Position numbers and translations under genes: made by a program. DNA of 63,454 nt, the filler included, from Hausera hauseri (Eukaryota), in assembly GCA_046269625.1 (NCBI GenBank). It is 11 parts of 11 records of this genome, joined end to end, with 100 filler letters (N's around TTAATTAATTAA, not from the genome) between each part and the next. Parts side by side here need not be neighbours in the genome. Positions count along the whole stretch, not along the records: positions 59,231 to 63,454 come from JBJURY010690994.1; 10 more parts are not named here. One strand, written 5' to 3'. A model generated the notes under the pieces. That model was not told the origin of the DNA. It saw only the letters and a list, made by a program, of their open reading frames with translations, and did not search any database. Positions 62,050 to 63,454 of the stretch are shown one piece after another (positions within the stretch are counted from its first letter, which is position 1; the number at the start of each line of letters is the position of its first letter).

Positions 62050-63454
62050 CAACTTTGTATATAGCATCATTTTGTCTCCTATCTTAATTTTTGGCTGTTT
62101 AGTTTTTTCATCGTAATATTTCTTATATCTTGTTTTAGTCTTTCTGGTTATTCTTTATTACTTTGTACGCTAATTGTAAACGTTATTTCATTAATTGTTT
62201 GTATTCTTTCACCCCATTAAATGCAATGTGGGTCGCACATTGAAGTTCAAATCAATTGGTAATCTGGCATCTCTTAGATACATCATGCAGAAACATGTCT
62301 CTTTAGTGGCCTCATGTACTGATGTCCGATTCACAAAGACACTGTTTGTAGTTTCTCCTTCAGATCTCCTATGTACCTCTCAACCATTCCGTTATTTTAT
62401 GGATGTCCCCGTGTTGACCGTAATTTTAATGTCCTCATCATATCGTAAATTGCTTGCATTACATTTCCTGTTAAGTTTGAGGTTTGATCAGTAAGTAATA
62501 TTCTACGAGCTCCGTAGTTAAATAGGATACTTTCCACGAATTTTTTAGCGATTGTTTCTGCTTTCATATTGTGCATTGGAAACGCGACGACCTATCGAAT
62601 AAAATAGTGGATAAAGACTAATATATATTTATTTCCGTTTGTCAATGTTAACGGTCCCGTTATATCCATTGTAGTAAATTCAAATGGGGAAGGTGAATTA
62701 TCCTATACTTTCAAAGGAGCTTTAAATTTGAATCCTGTATTCTTTCGTATGACAGAGTTTGCAACTGTCACCAATCTTGGACATCCCTTGTTATAGTTGA
62801 CCAGAAATATTTCCTTTTTAGTTTGTTTATCGTTTTTTTCATTGACTGATGTCCACCTAATAACCCATCATGATATTGGGTCAATAATACTGCTCTATTC
62901 TTTTTTGGAATTACTAGGGCGGGTCCGTTTGGATGAATATAATATAAAAATCCATCTTTCTCTTCATAAGCGCCACTAAATCTGGTTAAATGGCGAGCTA
63001 ATTCTGTATCCCTTGGTATAACATTATTCTGTATATAATTTCTAATGGCTTTTATTTCCTCATCCTCGTTGATTTTCTATTGTCTTCTCTGTAGATCCGT
63101 CCATACTCCATACATATGCGATTACGTCTTTTTTCCGTTGATTCTTGCGGCATTCTTGATAAATAATGCGCATTCACATTTCATGTACCAGGTTTGTATT
63201 GAAAGTCTAGCTTATAAGGTTGAAATTTTAAAGCCCATCGTAGTAGTCTACGGTTGGGGTTTTCATGTTTCTTCAGCCACTGCAATGGTCGATGGTCTGT
63301 ATAAATTACCAACGGTTTATTCTCACTAATATAAGGTGAGAATACTTCTAGTGCAAATATTACCGCTAGCAGCTCCTTTTCAATAACGGCATACTTCTTT
63401 TGATGCTTATTTAACTTTATCGACGCGTAAGCAACTGGATGTTCTTTACTATCT
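62050..63454 (-). pseudogene. Gypsy RNase H and integrase remnants
   Basis: Motifs as listed for the 59231-63454 element; many stops and deletions. Confidence 0.8.

Larger units (their letters stand above)
59231..63454 (-). mobile_element. Distantly related Gypsy element 3' half (RH - IN - membrane protein - exonuclease-like ORF)
   Basis: EHPVAYASIKLNKHQKKYAVIEKELLAVIFAL, YTDHRPLQWL, YHDGLLGGH and MDITGPL, followed by the accessory ORFs. Confidence 0.85.

Noticed and set aside
1-63454. High density of one retroelement family as a genomic cluster (e.g. a piRNA cluster)
   Set aside because: The copies sit on separate concatenated contigs, so physical clustering cannot be inferred.

Overview
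Eukaryotic (probably invertebrate animal) repeat-rich DNA made of 11 contigs. They are joined by artificial 100-bp spacers (44 N + TTAATTAATTAA + 44 N), so adjacency across spacers is not biological. The main signal is a family of very large Ty3/Gypsy-type LTR retroelements, seen as five diverged partial copies (4476-9312 +, 15610-19622 +, 20622-31560 -, 36257-41599 -, 48522-54931 -). Their inferred order is: Gag (CCHC knuckle) - ~1200 aa unknown region with a ubiquitin-like domain and an AT-hook - internal signal peptide - chuvirus (Jingchuvirales)-like glycoprotein - TM - P(T/S)AP linker - protease - RT - RNase H - integrase - second signal peptide/type-I membrane protein - DEDDh-exonuclease-like accessory ORF - RING ORF running into the 3' LTR. 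The envelope-like gene therefore lies upstream of, and in frame with, pol. Two more distant element ends (55619-59130, 59231-63454) carry the membrane-protein and exonuclease-like parts of this 3' cassette. Also present: a separate Gypsy element with a baculovirus-F/errantivirus-type env (41700-48421), Polinton/Maverick remnants (adenain protease, capsid C-terminus, protein-primed PolB), mariner and Tc1 remnants, and two host-cDNA-like pseudogenes (one an SRGAP F-BAR) each preceded by the same ~95-bp GC-rich hairpin module. All family assignments come from motifs recognised by eye; no searches were run.
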